The notes below the pieces were generated by a model. It saw only the letters and a program-made list of their open reading frames with translations. It searched no databases and was not told the origin of the DNA. Both the position numbers and the translations under genes were made by a program. Of a stretch of 64,000 nt of DNA, positions 1 to 12,658 are shown piece after piece. This DNA comes from Escherichia phage SP27. The stretch lies in sequence record LC494302.1. One strand, written 5' to 3'. Every line of letters begins with the position of its first letter. Within the stretch, counting starts at the first letter, position 1.

Positions 1-361
1 TTGCATTACATTAAAAACACCTGTTAGTATTGTAATTAAAAAAAATAAAGATGATGAATTGACATTATCTATTGGTCGTGATAAAATCATTTTAAGTAAT
101 TTGTCTGAAGAAGAATTCTTTCAAAGAAGTACTATTATCGATATGAAAGATTTCACATATGAATCATTGGTTGAACTCAATACACGTTTTAACGATATTC
201 AGGAACGATTGCGACCAATTCTTCGTATCGAAGAAGAAGCCTGGATTGAAAGTATTAGGAAGATGCAAGAAATGTTGAAAGAAAATATTAACAATCTGGG
301 TAAAGCTACAATGGAATTTGGTAAAACTTTTAAACTGAACTTTTCAAAGGATCGTAAATGA
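1..361 (+). CDS. hypothetical protein, 5'-partial; FQxST-motif family
   Basis: Frame open from window edge (TTG at 59 is internal); contains EEEFFQRSTII motif shared with ~15 paralogs. Confidence 0.45.
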   Translation, partial: CITLKTPVSIVIKKNKDDELTLSIGRDKIILSNLSEEEFFQRSTIIDMKDFTYESLVELNTRFNDIQERLRPILRIEEEAWIESIRKMQEMLKENINNLGKATMEFGKTFKLNFSKDRK

Positions 362-813
362 AAATTGATAATTTGATTCATGTTTTAGGATCTTTACATA
401 AAATATTATCACATCTACATGAGATAAAGAAACTGGGATTTAACATCTCAAATTCAATTGAAACTACATTTAAATATCAATCAATTACTGGTGATGGTTA
501 TTACATAATCGAATATACTTATGAAACCGATCCAGACTTCTATCCTCTTACGTTGAGAATTTATCCAACAAATCCGAGAGGAATTCACGACATATCATCA
601 ATTTCACTTGATCCAGATGGTGAAACGAGTATTGAATACAATAATGATTCAAAACCAGAATTTTACATTGATGATATTAAAATGATGTTCAACGATGAAT
701 ATGTTTTCCAACAAAGTACTGTGCATGATGTTGGAAGTACTAATGGACAATTTTGGAATACATGTTATTATCATATGATTGAAATTTGTAAATTATTAAA
801 AGGCGATGATTAA
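358..813 (+). CDS. hypothetical protein, FQxST-motif family
   Basis: 151 aa ORF, ATGA overlap with neighbour; C-terminal EYVFQQSTVHDV motif. Confidence 0.5.
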   Translation: MKIDNLIHVLGSLHKILSHLHEIKKLGFNISNSIETTFKYQSITGDGYYIIEYTYETDPDFYPLTLRIYPTNPRGIHDISSISLDPDGETSIEYNNDSKPEFYIDDIKMMFNDEYVFQQSTVHDVGSTNGQFWNTCYYHMIEICKLLKGDD

Positions 814-1196
814 TGAAATACAGCATTGAAGTACATTACACTACAGGGGACACTGAAACTGAAGATTCAGTTACCAATACATTGGATGTTCAATGGGAAT
901 CAAAGGATGAGGCAGTTGTAGCATTACAGTCTTTGAAAGAGCATTGGGTATTCTTTAAGAAACTCGATGATGCATATAGTAACGAACGTGCGACAATAAT
1001 CGATGAAGCCAAACATAAAGAATGGTTTGATCCAATGTCATGTGAATTCTCTTTCTTTGTAAAAATTGGAGATGAAAAAATTCCAGTACGTACACCGTGG
1101 AACGGCTACTTTGAAACTCTTCATAATGCACGAGTTGTCGCTGTTGATAATCCTGAACAAATCGATTTCGATTCATTGGACTGGAAAAAACTATGA
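813..1196 (+). CDS. hypothetical protein
   Basis: 127 aa ORF, start overlaps upstream stop (TAATG). Confidence 0.45.
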   Translation: MKYSIEVHYTTGDTETEDSVTNTLDVQWESKDEAVVALQSLKEHWVFFKKLDDAYSNERATIIDEAKHKEWFDPMSCEFSFFVKIGDEKIPVRTPWNGYFETLHNARVVAVDNPEQIDFDSLDWKKL

Positions 1197-1636
1197 CAGT
1201 ACTGCACCAATTGAAGAAGGTTAAGCATCCAGTTGTATATGAGGACTGGAAACGTCAGAAGCTGATGGGTGATTTTTATTTCCCAAAATCTAAAGTACTA
1301 GCAACGTCAAAAGCTATATACTTGAAATATAAGGATGAAGATTGTTTGTGTATTCAAATGGGATTCCATCCTAAAGTTGGTTTGTTTACAACAAATCAAA
1401 CATTTTATAAATTTAGAATTCAAAAAGATACATTTAGTATTCATATCGAAAAGCATGATGTACAAGATACAATTTATCGTGTGGAAAGTGAGCCTTTGAA
1501 TCTTGTTGAGATTCCGTACAATAATTTAGAAGAAATGTACTTTCAGCAGTTGACAATACAAGAAGACTTTGGTATGATAGGACTTCAAGAGTTAGAGATG
1601 ATTAAACAAATTCGTGATATCTACTTTAAGGAGTAA
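1193..1636 (+). CDS. hypothetical protein, FQxST-like family
   Basis: 147 aa ORF; C-terminal EEMYFQQLTIQEDFGMIGL motif. Confidence 0.5.
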   Translation: MTVLHQLKKVKHPVVYEDWKRQKLMGDFYFPKSKVLATSKAIYLKYKDEDCLCIQMGFHPKVGLFTTNQTFYKFRIQKDTFSIHIEKHDVQDTIYRVESEPLNLVEIPYNNLEEMYFQQLTIQEDFGMIGLQELEMIKQIRDIYFKE

Positions 1637-1796
1637 CTATGCCAGTACGTAACAGTACTTCACGCTTTACGCTTCAACAGAAAGCAGATCTTTTGAATAT
1701 GGCAAACAAAGATTCTAATTTTCACTATCTAGTACTCGGTGGTTCAGTTGAAAAGATTGACCTACGTGAGTGTATGAAATAACAAAAGGGGCTAAA

Positions 1797-1967
1797 ATGA
1801 GTTTACGTGAATCATGGGAACAATTTAAAGAAGAGATTGGTTATCGTGGTGTTAAGATTGAACCAATCAATCGTACTGAAAGCATCAAAGCTAGTACTAA
1901 TGGTACTACCTATGATCGTTATGATGAAAAGTATGGTTTACATTCTAAACCAAAGGATACTGAGTAA
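1797..1967 (+). CDS. hypothetical small protein
   Basis: ATG after AAAGGGG RBS; 56 aa. Confidence 0.3.
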   Translation: MSLRESWEQFKEEIGYRGVKIEPINRTESIKASTNGTTYDRYDEKYGLHSKPKDTE

Positions 1968-2106
1968 TGGTGTATACTAATATTTTTACTGGTATTATGC
2001 GTAAATTTATTAATGGTACTGGATACGTATCTAATGACAACGGTAGTACATGGGTAAAAAATAATACGTCTGAATCTTTAGTAAAAAGTCTTCCGTATTA
2101 TAAAGC

Positions 2107-2135
2107 TTGACACATGAAAATGGAGTATGTATAAT
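2107..2135 (+). promoter_or_regulatory. sigma70-like early promoter
   Basis: TTGACA, 17-bp spacer, TGtATAAT extended -10. Confidence 0.5.
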
Positions 2136-2167
2136 ACTCCTATATTAATTAAACGAGGATATACGAA

Positions 2168-2740
2168 ATGGCTGGTGTTGATAAAATTTGTGAATTCAGT
2201 TCAGATTATGAAGGTTACGAAATGTACAAGTCCAAGCGTAATCACATCCAAGTACTGTCAAAGTACCGTAAAGAATTCAGAGGCCACAAAGCAACATTGT
2301 ATGTTTTTGAGAATGGATATTCTGAAGTTTTCACAAGTGGTGGGTACAGTACAGCTAACATGGCACATATCAACCCAAACCCAACTGAAGATGATTGGAA
2401 TAGTGGTAACGCTTTTCGTATTTCAATTTTGAATAAAATGAATCGTTACGACCGTTATTGTACATTCTTTGAAAATATTTCAGAATACAAGCAAGCATTA
2501 AAGAAATATAATCAACGCTTACTAATGAATTATGATTACATTCTTCATGTGCCAACTGTTCCAGGTCAGGTTAATGGTCTGTATACGAATAGTACACATG
2601 ATTTAACTGCGGTGAAGCGTCGCCTCAAACGTATGTTGGGTTGTCGTAATTTAACAATCAAGGTTGTGCGTAATGAATCAATGTATAACTTTTTAGATGT
2701 ACTACACTACACATTGAAGGATAATAATGGAAACGATTAA
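2168..2740 (+). CDS. hypothetical protein
   Basis: 190 aa ORF with GGATATACG RBS downstream of promoter. Confidence 0.5.
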   Translation: MAGVDKICEFSSDYEGYEMYKSKRNHIQVLSKYRKEFRGHKATLYVFENGYSEVFTSGGYSTANMAHINPNPTEDDWNSGNAFRISILNKMNRYDRYCTFFENISEYKQALKKYNQRLLMNYDYILHVPTVPGQVNGLYTNSTHDLTAVKRRLKRMLGCRNLTIKVVRNESMYNFLDVLHYTLKDNNGND

Positions 2741-2924
2741 GTTTATGTTTGAGGTGTTTGTTGCATTCATCTTATGTGCTGTGTCTATTACTATTGCTTT
2801 AATCCCAGTAATCGTTTACCAAGTTAATGGTGGGACAGATCCAACAATTGATATTTTACTTCGTTGTTTCGGGTTTTTTATATGGTTGGCGATGTTTATG
2901 TACTACATGCATCTTGAGGATTGA
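2727..2924 (+). CDS. small membrane protein
   Basis: 65 aa, two hydrophobic helices, coupled start. Confidence 0.4.
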   Translation: METIKFMFEVFVAFILCAVSITIALIPVIVYQVNGGTDPTIDILLRCFGFFIWLAMFMYYMHLED

Positions 2925-3757
2925 TTATGTCATTAGAAAAAATAATCATTTCTGAATTCCGAAAGTATATCATGGATTGTGATAGAGATGTACAGCGTAA
3001 GTTCAATGAGTACCTTGACAAATATCCGTATTTGATGTTTAATCCGTTTGAAACTGATGATGATTTATATCTTGGTTTTTACATAGGATTTACTCAACGA
3101 ATTCTTCATAAAGATGAAATGAAACAATCTGAGATTTGGGTAGAAACTGACTCATCCGAGTCTAATGTTTTTTATCTTTATACATATTATGCCGAAATTG
3201 TTAGAGATACGACACCTGATGGTTGTCTATTTGTACAATCTTCTGATATTGAAAGAATATATATCGAACCTGTATCTTTAGATATGGTTGCACAGCTTCC
3301 AACTATCCAACAGTTAGGTGCAGACGAATTAACTTATTCTGTATTTGAATATCTAGGTAGAGATGATTTGACTCAAGAAATTGATAAAATGGTTTCTAAA
3401 TATACTTCATCACTTATTTCGAATGGTAAACTTAAATTAGAACTAATTTTTGAAGATACTAGTATTAATCCAGTAAGAGGGGTTACAATTGGAAAAGTTA
3501 CCATACGTGTTGTTTACGATAATGAAGTACTAGGATATATTTCAAAACGTGGACATGATTTATGTATAATTAGTACATTCGTTATTTCTCGTAAAAAATG
3601 GAATGATTTAATGCAAAAAATCGTGGACGGCAGTAAAATTCGTGATATAATATGTAATGACATGGTAATTATGAATCCTGATGTTGACTGTGATGTATAT
3701 TTTCCAGTTCCTGGATTTACACGAGAAAACTTTAGTAAATTGAAGGATACGAAATGA
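2921..3757 (+). CDS. hypothetical protein
   Basis: 278 aa ORF, overlapping start/stop with neighbours. Confidence 0.55.
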   Translation: MIMSLEKIIISEFRKYIMDCDRDVQRKFNEYLDKYPYLMFNPFETDDDLYLGFYIGFTQRILHKDEMKQSEIWVETDSSESNVFYLYTYYAEIVRDTTPDGCLFVQSSDIERIYIEPVSLDMVAQLPTIQQLGADELTYSVFEYLGRDDLTQEIDKMVSKYTSSLISNGKLKLELIFEDTSINPVRGVTIGKVTIRVVYDNEVLGYISKRGHDLCIISTFVISRKKWNDLMQKIVDGSKIRDIICNDMVIMNPDVDCDVYFPVPGFTRENFSKLKDTK

Positions 3758-4044
3758 AAATTTTAGAAGTCTTGCTAGAAAAAGATGCATCTGGTACTCT
3801 TTATGTTGGTAATGAGTTCAGTCCAGATCCAATTGATATGTTACAGAGAATCCAAACACTGACTCAAAACATCTCGGTTAAAAAACCGTTTCAGAAAGAA
3901 TTGGAAATCTTTTGTGATAAAGATATTGAACAGCATGATAATGTGATTTCAGATATTAAAAGTCTATTGACAAAAAATGGTTATGTAGAGTATAATCCTC
4001 CTATCGTAATCGTTATTCCAGACTTCATGAAAGGAACAATCTAA
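3754..4044 (+). CDS. hypothetical protein
   Basis: 96 aa ORF, ATGA overlap. Confidence 0.45.
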   Translation: MKILEVLLEKDASGTLYVGNEFSPDPIDMLQRIQTLTQNISVKKPFQKELEIFCDKDIEQHDNVISDIKSLLTKNGYVEYNPPIVIVIPDFMKGTI

Positions 4045-4313
4045 TGACTAAAGACGAAATGAAATCTCACTTAAGCGAACTGAAGAAAGAACGTAAACTA
4101 GTACGTTTAGACTGGGATATCCTTAACAGGAAAGATGAGCAATCATATGCTAACTGGAGTTCTGATAAAGTACGAAATGACCGTTCTAAAGAAGATGCAA
4201 AGCAATTCATGGCATTATCGAAGCGACTATCATCTTTGAACAGTGAAATTACTGGCCTTCAGAAAGAGATCATTTCCATTCTTAAAGCGGAGATTGAATC
4301 ACTCTATGAATAA
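4044..4313 (+). CDS. hypothetical protein
   Basis: 89 aa, charged coiled-coil-like. Confidence 0.45.
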   Translation: MTKDEMKSHLSELKKERKLVRLDWDILNRKDEQSYANWSSDKVRNDRSKEDAKQFMALSKRLSSLNSEITGLQKEIISILKAEIESLYE

Positions 4314-4602
4314 ACATGAAGTAATTCATTTTGATGATAAGATCTATATTCCAAATATTGATAGTACTGAAACATATTACCTAATCAATAAGATTATGGC
4401 TGAAACAAATACGTGTTGTCGTCAACAGCCAGGAAAATATGAGTTCAGTCAGACTATTGGTTATTACCGATATGATATGTTAGAATCATTTACAATTGAT
4501 AAGTCTAAAGTTATTGACATTCTTGTACAGAATGGATATAATGAAGAACGTGTAAATAATACAGATTTACCAGTTTCAAAAATTGTTCTTTCTAATAATT
4601 AA
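4306..4602 (+). CDS. hypothetical protein
   Basis: Internal ATG (MNKHEV) overlapping upstream stop; 98 aa. Confidence 0.4.
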   Translation: MNKHEVIHFDDKIYIPNIDSTETYYLINKIMAETNTCCRQQPGKYEFSQTIGYYRYDMLESFTIDKSKVIDILVQNGYNEERVNNTDLPVSKIVLSNN

Positions 4603-4605
4603 ACA

Positions 4606-4634
4606 TTGGACAAGAACAGATATTGTGATATAAT
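4606..4634 (+). promoter_or_regulatory. sigma70-like early promoter
   Basis: TTGGAC, 17 bp, TGaTATAAT. Confidence 0.45.
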
Positions 4635-4717
4635 GTTTGTTATCGGCAGATATTAAAATGCAAACCATTCCTCAATGATGAGGGTTTTTCATAAAAAAGA
4701 AATAAAAGGGTATTAAA

Positions 4718-4927
4718 ATGGCTAAAGAAACTAACGCACAAGTACTAGATATCACCGACTTCGACCGCACTGTGAACTACATTCAATTCCAGATTCATCA
4801 AGCAGAAGAAGCTCTAGCAGTATTCCACGGTACTGGTGCAAGGCCAATCCGTTTTGCTCACTTGATTGCATGGAAGAAAAGTCTTCAAGAAGAACTATCT
4901 GAACTGCGTAAAGCAAATCGTAAGTAA
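4718..4927 (+). CDS. hypothetical protein
   Basis: 69 aa ORF with AAAGGG RBS, flanked by hairpins. Confidence 0.45.
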   Translation: MAKETNAQVLDITDFDRTVNYIQFQIHQAEEALAVFHGTGARPIRFAHLIAWKKSLQEELSELRKANRK

Positions 4928-4992
4928 TTTATCTTACCGCCTCATCATTTTTGATGGGGCATTTTAATCATATAAAGTAAGAGGATTTATAA

Positions 4993-5499
4993 ATGAGTGT
5001 TGAATATTGGTTTTTGTTTGTGTGTATTGGTACACTTGCATTAATCACCATTGGATTGATTTTCAATACCATGATTAGTGGAAGTAAGTACTTTAAGACA
5101 TTCCAACTTTTAATGTCTGCTATGCCATATAGTGCTGATGCCGAAAAAACAATTTCTCTAATTTTAGATAAGTTCGATGCAAATCTTTTGGTGGCTAAAA
5201 TTTCAGCATGTGATACAAATATTTCATTCTACTCGGTAGACACGGATCTAGATGGAATTGATACACAATACTCAAATCCAGTAGTTGCTGAAATTTTCAT
5301 TGGTTCAAAATATTATGCCTATGGATATGTAAGAAAATATTATTCAGAAGCAAAAGCTGAGTTGACGAAGAAGCGACCATCAATAAAAACTTTAAAACGC
5401 ATCATTGCGTTGGAAAAATCACTTCGTGGTCAAACAAGCGTTAATGAGCCACCATCAGTGATTAAATCCAAAAAAAGTAATGTTGTGGAGTTGGAGTAA
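4993..5499 (+). CDS. membrane-anchored hypothetical protein
   Basis: 168 aa, N-terminal TM helix, AAGAGGA RBS. Confidence 0.5.
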   Translation: MSVEYWFLFVCIGTLALITIGLIFNTMISGSKYFKTFQLLMSAMPYSADAEKTISLILDKFDANLLVAKISACDTNISFYSVDTDLDGIDTQYSNPVVAEIFIGSKYYAYGYVRKYYSEAKAELTKKRPSIKTLKRIIALEKSLRGQTSVNEPPSVIKSKKSNVVELE

Positions 5500-5789
5500 T
5501 GGAACCAGAAAAATCAAGAAAAATTCTTATTGATGTCCAAACTAAATTACTAGATATTATGGAAATCATCAATGAGTTACCACAGGGTTATCAGTACAAA
5601 GTTCGTGAAATGTTATCTTGTGCCGAAACCGTTGTTTCTATGTACGATGATATTCAACATGGTATTATCCCTGATATTCTCAAAGATGACGTAAATATTA
5701 ACACTGAGGTAAAAGAAACTAAATTAGAATCAGAAACAGTATCTAATAAAAAAGTTCTAGACCTTAGTGGTATAAAAATTAATATCTAA
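5499..5789 (+). CDS. hypothetical protein
   Basis: 96 aa, TAATG-coupled. Confidence 0.45.
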   Translation: MEPEKSRKILIDVQTKLLDIMEIINELPQGYQYKVREMLSCAETVVSMYDDIQHGIIPDILKDDVNINTEVKETKLESETVSNKKVLDLSGIKINI

Positions 5790-5810
5790 AAAACATCCAA
5801 TAGGAGAAGT

Positions 5811-5960
5811 AATGAGTAATCAAAAAATCGACTTAGTAGTAAAACTTCAAGAGATTCAAGCACTAGCTAAAGACCTTGATAACACACGTGCATCAGTAGT
5901 TGATTCACTATGTGCAACAATCCTGACTGTTTTTACAGATTACGAAAAGAAATCTGATTA
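5811..5960 (+). CDS. hypothetical small protein
   Basis: 49 aa ORF with AGGAGAAG RBS, followed by terminator. Confidence 0.3.
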
Positions 5961-5974
5961 AACGTTACTTTGTA

Positions 5975-6004
5975 AATACCCAGTACTTGACTGGGTATTT
6001 TTTT
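5975..6004 (+). terminator. intrinsic terminator
   Basis: Hairpin ACCCAGTAC-ttg-ACTGGGT followed by T7 run. Confidence 0.6.
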
Positions 6005-6015
6005 AAGGAAATAAA

Positions 6016-6408
6016 ATGACTGAATCAGAACTACACGAAATGATAGATTTCATTTATGAAATGGTACAAGATAAAAATAACATCAATACAATTGCATCAG
6101 GCCCAAGACAAATTGGTAACCAAATAACATATTCTTTGTCCTTATGGTTACACCCGTGCATTAAGGTTGATTGTTTGTATTTCCGTCCTGATATTGATGC
6201 TTATTATTTTGTCAATCATGATGCATTAATGAAACCACATAATCGTCCAGTTGATGATACCTTTGTGACACACCCATTTTACCTGGCTGATTCCGAAGAA
6301 GATGAGTTTCAAAAGAACACAACGTTAAGCCCAGGTGAAATTTGCATCCCTTACGTACTTAAAGATAAAATGAATCACATCACAGAAGTTATGAAAACAT
6401 GCTGGTAG
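6016..6408 (+). CDS. hypothetical protein, FQ-motif family
   Basis: 130 aa; C-terminal SEEDEFQKNT motif. Confidence 0.45.
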   Translation: MTESELHEMIDFIYEMVQDKNNINTIASGPRQIGNQITYSLSLWLHPCIKVDCLYFRPDIDAYYFVNHDALMKPHNRPVDDTFVTHPFYLADSEEDEFQKNTTLSPGEICIPYVLKDKMNHITEVMKTCW

Positions 6409-6456
6409 ATGCAATGAAACTCTGATATAATACAAATAATGATAATAAGAGGATAT

Positions 6457-6675
6457 ATGAAATTTATTGATTTTGATATTTCTAAGGCCAAAGAATTATT
6501 TGTAAGAAATGAAGTTTATGATATCATGTTACATAACGGCACTGTACAAGAAGATGTTGTGTTGTTTTCGTTTGATGGTGAAAATCTCGAAACTATATAT
6601 AAATTCAGCAACTTAGATGGTGACTTTTGGGAAACCAGTGCTGTTAAAATGTATAGAATTAAAAAGGAGCATTAA
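6457..6675 (+). CDS. hypothetical protein
   Basis: Start moved to ATG after AAGAGGA RBS; 72 aa. Confidence 0.4.
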   Translation: MKFIDFDISKAKELFVRNEVYDIMLHNGTVQEDVVLFSFDGENLETIYKFSNLDGDFWETSAVKMYRIKKEH

Positions 6676-6676
6676 C

Positions 6677-7165
6677 ATGCCAATTCGTGGTGTACCAGAA
6701 CCATTAATGGAAGTTATTAAGCATGTTCGCATTGGAGATCGAGAAGTTAATCTTCGCCGTAATAACATTTATTACTTTAAAACTTCAGAAATGAGTTCTG
6801 TACAGATTGTCATTGGTACATCTATTAAGATTACTCGTGTACTTGATGGTAGTACTGATTTCGTTGAATATAATGTACTTACTAACAAAGTAATACACAC
6901 ATATAAATGGAGTGGGTATAAAACTATTAAGTATGAGTTTGATGTTGCTAGAACTGAAGAAGAACGATTTATGTTAAGTACTATCAATCCAGCAAACTAC
7001 CCTGACCTTGATACATTTTTGCTAATTTTAAAACTGTATAATGAAGCAAATGGGAAAGCGAAGGAGTATGATAGAATTATGTATGAACGCAAAAAAGAAC
7101 GTGCTCAGAAAAGTTATGATCTTTATGATAACCCATATGTAAAATATAATAAGGGGAGAAAATGA
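6677..7165 (+). CDS. hypothetical protein, FQxST-like family
   Basis: ATG after AAGGAG RBS; EEERFMLSTINP motif. Confidence 0.45.
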   Translation: MPIRGVPEPLMEVIKHVRIGDREVNLRRNNIYYFKTSEMSSVQIVIGTSIKITRVLDGSTDFVEYNVLTNKVIHTYKWSGYKTIKYEFDVARTEEERFMLSTINPANYPDLDTFLLILKLYNEANGKAKEYDRIMYERKKERAQKSYDLYDNPYVKYNKGRK

Positions 7166-7566
7166 ATAACGAAGTTCAAATTATCATAACTCCACCTATA
7201 CAAAGTCTTGATGTATCTATTAGTGATTTTTTAGAAAAATATTATGAATGGTTTAATAATGATAATACCATTTATAATCATTCATTACCAGATGGTTTCG
7301 TGGAGCTTATCGAATTAAATTCAAAATCACTATACTTCTGTGTTGAATACAATGATTATATGACAGATGAAGATTATCGCTTTCGTTGTACATTGTATCC
7401 GAATTATTTTTCAATAGGTTATAAAGATTACCAGTACTGTACCACTAACTATAGTGTTGAGGAAGAATTTCAGTACAATTTACTTTATCCTGATTTAGAT
7501 TATACGATTGCAGTACTGTTGACTAAAATCATGGATTTTTATAAAGATAAATATAATGCAGCCTAA
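7162..7566 (+). CDS. hypothetical protein, FQ-motif family
   Basis: 134 aa; C-terminal EEEFQYNLLYPDLD. Confidence 0.45.
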   Translation: MNNEVQIIITPPIQSLDVSISDFLEKYYEWFNNDNTIYNHSLPDGFVELIELNSKSLYFCVEYNDYMTDEDYRFRCTLYPNYFSIGYKDYQYCTTNYSVEEEFQYNLLYPDLDYTIAVLLTKIMDFYKDKYNAA

Positions 7567-7741
7567 GACATTTGATGAGTGGTTTAATCTACACTATAAT
7601 ATAAATGCAGCAGATATATACTATTTTAAGCTTGAATTGTATATATCATTGCGTAACCCAATTGAGTACTATAACAACATTATCAATTGTGATGATTTTG
7701 GTACATATTTTAGTATAGCCGTTATGGATATTAAGAGATGA
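7556..7741 (+). CDS. hypothetical small protein
   Basis: 61 aa ORF. Confidence 0.3.
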   Translation: MQPKTFDEWFNLHYNINAADIYYFKLELYISLRNPIEYYNNIINCDDFGTYFSIAVMDIKR

Positions 7742-7917
7742 CACATGAAGAATGGATGGCAATGATGAAAAAACGTTATGACCAGTTTGGAAATGGATTT
7801 ATTGATGGTCATTTCGATATTTTACGAGACAAATATAAGTTCGAATCATATGTACTAGATGAGAATGGAAATCGTTGGTTCATCTATGAGCTTGCGGTTA
7901 GAGACAAAAAAATATAA
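7738..7917 (+). CDS. MTHEEWM-family small protein
   Basis: 59 aa ORF starting MTHEEWM; paralogous to four others in window. Confidence 0.45.
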   Translation: MTHEEWMAMMKKRYDQFGNGFIDGHFDILRDKYKFESYVLDENGNRWFIYELAVRDKKI

Positions 7918-7995
7918 TAACCTTTTCCATTGTCCATTGCAATGCTTTCTTTACAGAAGAATAAATGAAACACTTAATTGAACTGGATACATAAA

Positions 7996-8172
7996 ATGAC
8001 ACATGAAGAATGGATAGAGTCACTAAAATATAAACATGATCATTTTGGATTTGGTATACGCCAAGGCCATTATGATGTTTTGAACGATAAAAAAACGTTC
8101 GAATCATTGGTTTTGGACGAAGATTCCAACCACTGGTTCATCTACGAGCTTGCTATTAGAGATAAAAAATAG
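7996..8172 (+). CDS. MTHEEWM-family small protein
   Basis: Starts MTHEEWI; ends WFIYELAIRDKK like paralog at 7738. Confidence 0.45.
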   Translation: MTHEEWIESLKYKHDHFGFGIRQGHYDVLNDKKTFESLVLDEDSNHWFIYELAIRDKK

Positions 8173-8177
8173 TAAGA

Positions 8178-8513
<336 letters not shown>

Positions 8514-8514
8514 A

Positions 8515-8697
8515 ATGACACACGAAGAATGGATGTCCAAACAGCATAAAGAACATGACTGCTTTGGGAATGGCATTCGTCAGGTACATTATGATATATT
8601 AAGAGATGAAAATCTTTTCAGGTCATATGTTTTGGATACCAGAAAACCCTGGTTTATATGCGAACTGGCATTTAGAAAGTCAAATAATCAAAACTAA
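8515..8697 (+). CDS. MTHEEWM-family small protein
   Basis: Starts MTHEEWM, paralog. Confidence 0.45.
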   Translation: MTHEEWMSKQHKEHDCFGNGIRQVHYDILRDENLFRSYVLDTRKPWFICELAFRKSNNQN

Positions 8698-8713
8698 ACA
8701 AGGAATACAAAAA

Positions 8714-8932
8714 ATGGAAACAACTTTATTTGAAGTTATTCAATCATTAAAACCTGAAGATGAGGTTCAAGTACTACTACATGGTTATCGTGTAAAAGGT
8801 ACTGTGGTTTTAGTCAATGATACAACATTGGTTATTACAGAAACAAACCCATATGATAGTAATCAACTTGCCAATATCCATATCGATATCACTGGAATTA
8901 TTGGTGTCGGTGTATCTAAAACACTTGCATAA
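8714..8932 (+). CDS. hypothetical protein
   Basis: Start at METTLFE after AAGGAA RBS; 72 aa. Confidence 0.4.
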   Translation: METTLFEVIQSLKPEDEVQVLLHGYRVKGTVVLVNDTTLVITETNPYDSNQLANIHIDITGIIGVGVSKTLA

Positions 8933-8985
8933 ATCATTAATTCATTATATAATGATTATCACTGGTTCTAGATGAGGATAATATT

Positions 8986-9258
8986 ATGCATTTTGAAAAA
9001 TTCAACGTAAATCGTAACACACGCATTGAAGTTCTTTATGAAACTCAAGACACCATTAGTATTCGTACAAGTAGTGGGGATGTATATCATGACTGTACGA
9101 TTGGCTGGGAACAGGGAAGAACGCGTAGTGCAGTATTTGATAATTATCGCTTTTATCAAGGAGACACTACGATTTGGCCTGAATACGTAGAAGATATTGC
9201 GTTTGAAGATGAACATAAAGATGAATTTATCAAATTTAATCCTCAAACTGAATCATAA
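8986..9258 (+). CDS. hypothetical protein
   Basis: 90 aa, GAGGATAA RBS. Confidence 0.4.
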   Translation: MHFEKFNVNRNTRIEVLYETQDTISIRTSSGDVYHDCTIGWEQGRTRSAVFDNYRFYQGDTTIWPEYVEDIAFEDEHKDEFIKFNPQTES

Positions 9259-9275
9259 ATAATGGGACATCACAT

Positions 9276-9391
<116 letters not shown>

Positions 9392-9395
9392 AAAT

Positions 9396-9497
<102 letters not shown>

Positions 9498-9502
9498 AAA
9501 CC

Positions 9503-9663
9503 ATGACGCATGAAGAATGGATGAATGACATTAATTTTAGATATGCAGGTTTCGGTAACTGGAGAAAGTATCATTGGGAAATCATGTCAGACCCAGCAGA
9601 ATACGATAAACTTATAAACCATGAAGCGTATCCGTGGTTCTTTATTGAAATAATGGTACGAAC

Positions 9664-9667
<4 letters not shown>
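9503..9667 (+). CDS. MTHEEWM-family small protein
   Basis: 54 aa starting MTHEEWM. Confidence 0.4.
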
Positions 9668-9829
<162 letters not shown>

Positions 9830-9837
9830 AAAAAAAG

Positions 9838-10247
<410 letters not shown>

Positions 10248-10251
<4 letters not shown>

Positions 10252-10281
10252 CTAAATAATTCAGTACTGAGGATATTAATA
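10248..10281 (+). promoter_or_regulatory. promoter-like element with CAGTACTG
   Basis: TTGACTaaataatTCAGTACTGagg; weaker -10. Confidence 0.35.
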
Positions 10282-10308
10282 TGTTTAAAGATGAACGTCC
10301 AGATTTGT

Positions 10309-10356
<48 letters not shown>

Positions 10357-10379
10357 ATCAGACGTATATGGTGTAAGTT

Positions 10380-10700
10380 ACGTCGATGCAATCCAGAACA
10401 AGATCTCTGGTACTCTAGGAAGTGGTGAATGTTAACCTAGACGGGTTTGATAATTGGACGATAGGCAATTATTACTTGACTAGCAGGTTGAAACTAGAGG
10501 TGACAGTCCTTCACCAAACTGGAAAACCGGATGGACTTTTATTTAAAAGGGTAAGGCGTGGAAATATGTTTACAGAAGTTGCTTTTAGTAGCCTGTACGC
10601 CCCACGTCAAGGTAGCCGAAAGGCAAGTTAAAACGGATGGTTATAAAGCTGAATTAACAGCGGCGTTTAAAAGCGTCACCATCCATTTTTTTAATTAAAG
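10380..10700 (+). ncRNA. candidate structured RNA (unclassified)
   Basis: GC-richer ~320 bp behind a promoter, no convincing ORF, GAAA-looped hairpins (GTAGCCGAAAGGCAAGT) and GGATGG...CCATCC closing stem. Confidence 0.3.
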
Positions 10701-10708
10701 TTGGTGAT

Positions 10709-11473
<765 letters not shown>

Positions 11474-11491
11474 TTCACATGATATAGGGTG

Positions 11492-12161
<670 letters not shown>

Positions 12162-12180
12162 AGAGGTACTTCGAGTATGC

Positions 12181-12304
<124 letters not shown>

Positions 12305-12307
12305 ATA

Positions 12308-12394
<87 letters not shown>

Positions 12395-12449
12395 GACTGC
12401 CAAACAGCTTGAAGTACTTTGTAGTGCTGCACCTATGCCGACACTTGGC

Positions 12450-12550
<101 letters not shown>

Positions 12551-12562
12551 TATCTTACTTCT

Positions 12563-12652
<90 letters not shown>

Positions 12653-12658
12653 TACACT

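Noticed and set aside
2168-2740. Possible ADP-ribosyltransferase (Alt/Mod-like)
   Set aside because: Only vague R / S-T-x resemblance; no clear E-x-E catalytic motif found by eye.
10422-10631. 69-aa ORF inside GC-richer segment
   Set aside because: No RBS, odd composition, lies in a region that looks like structured RNA.
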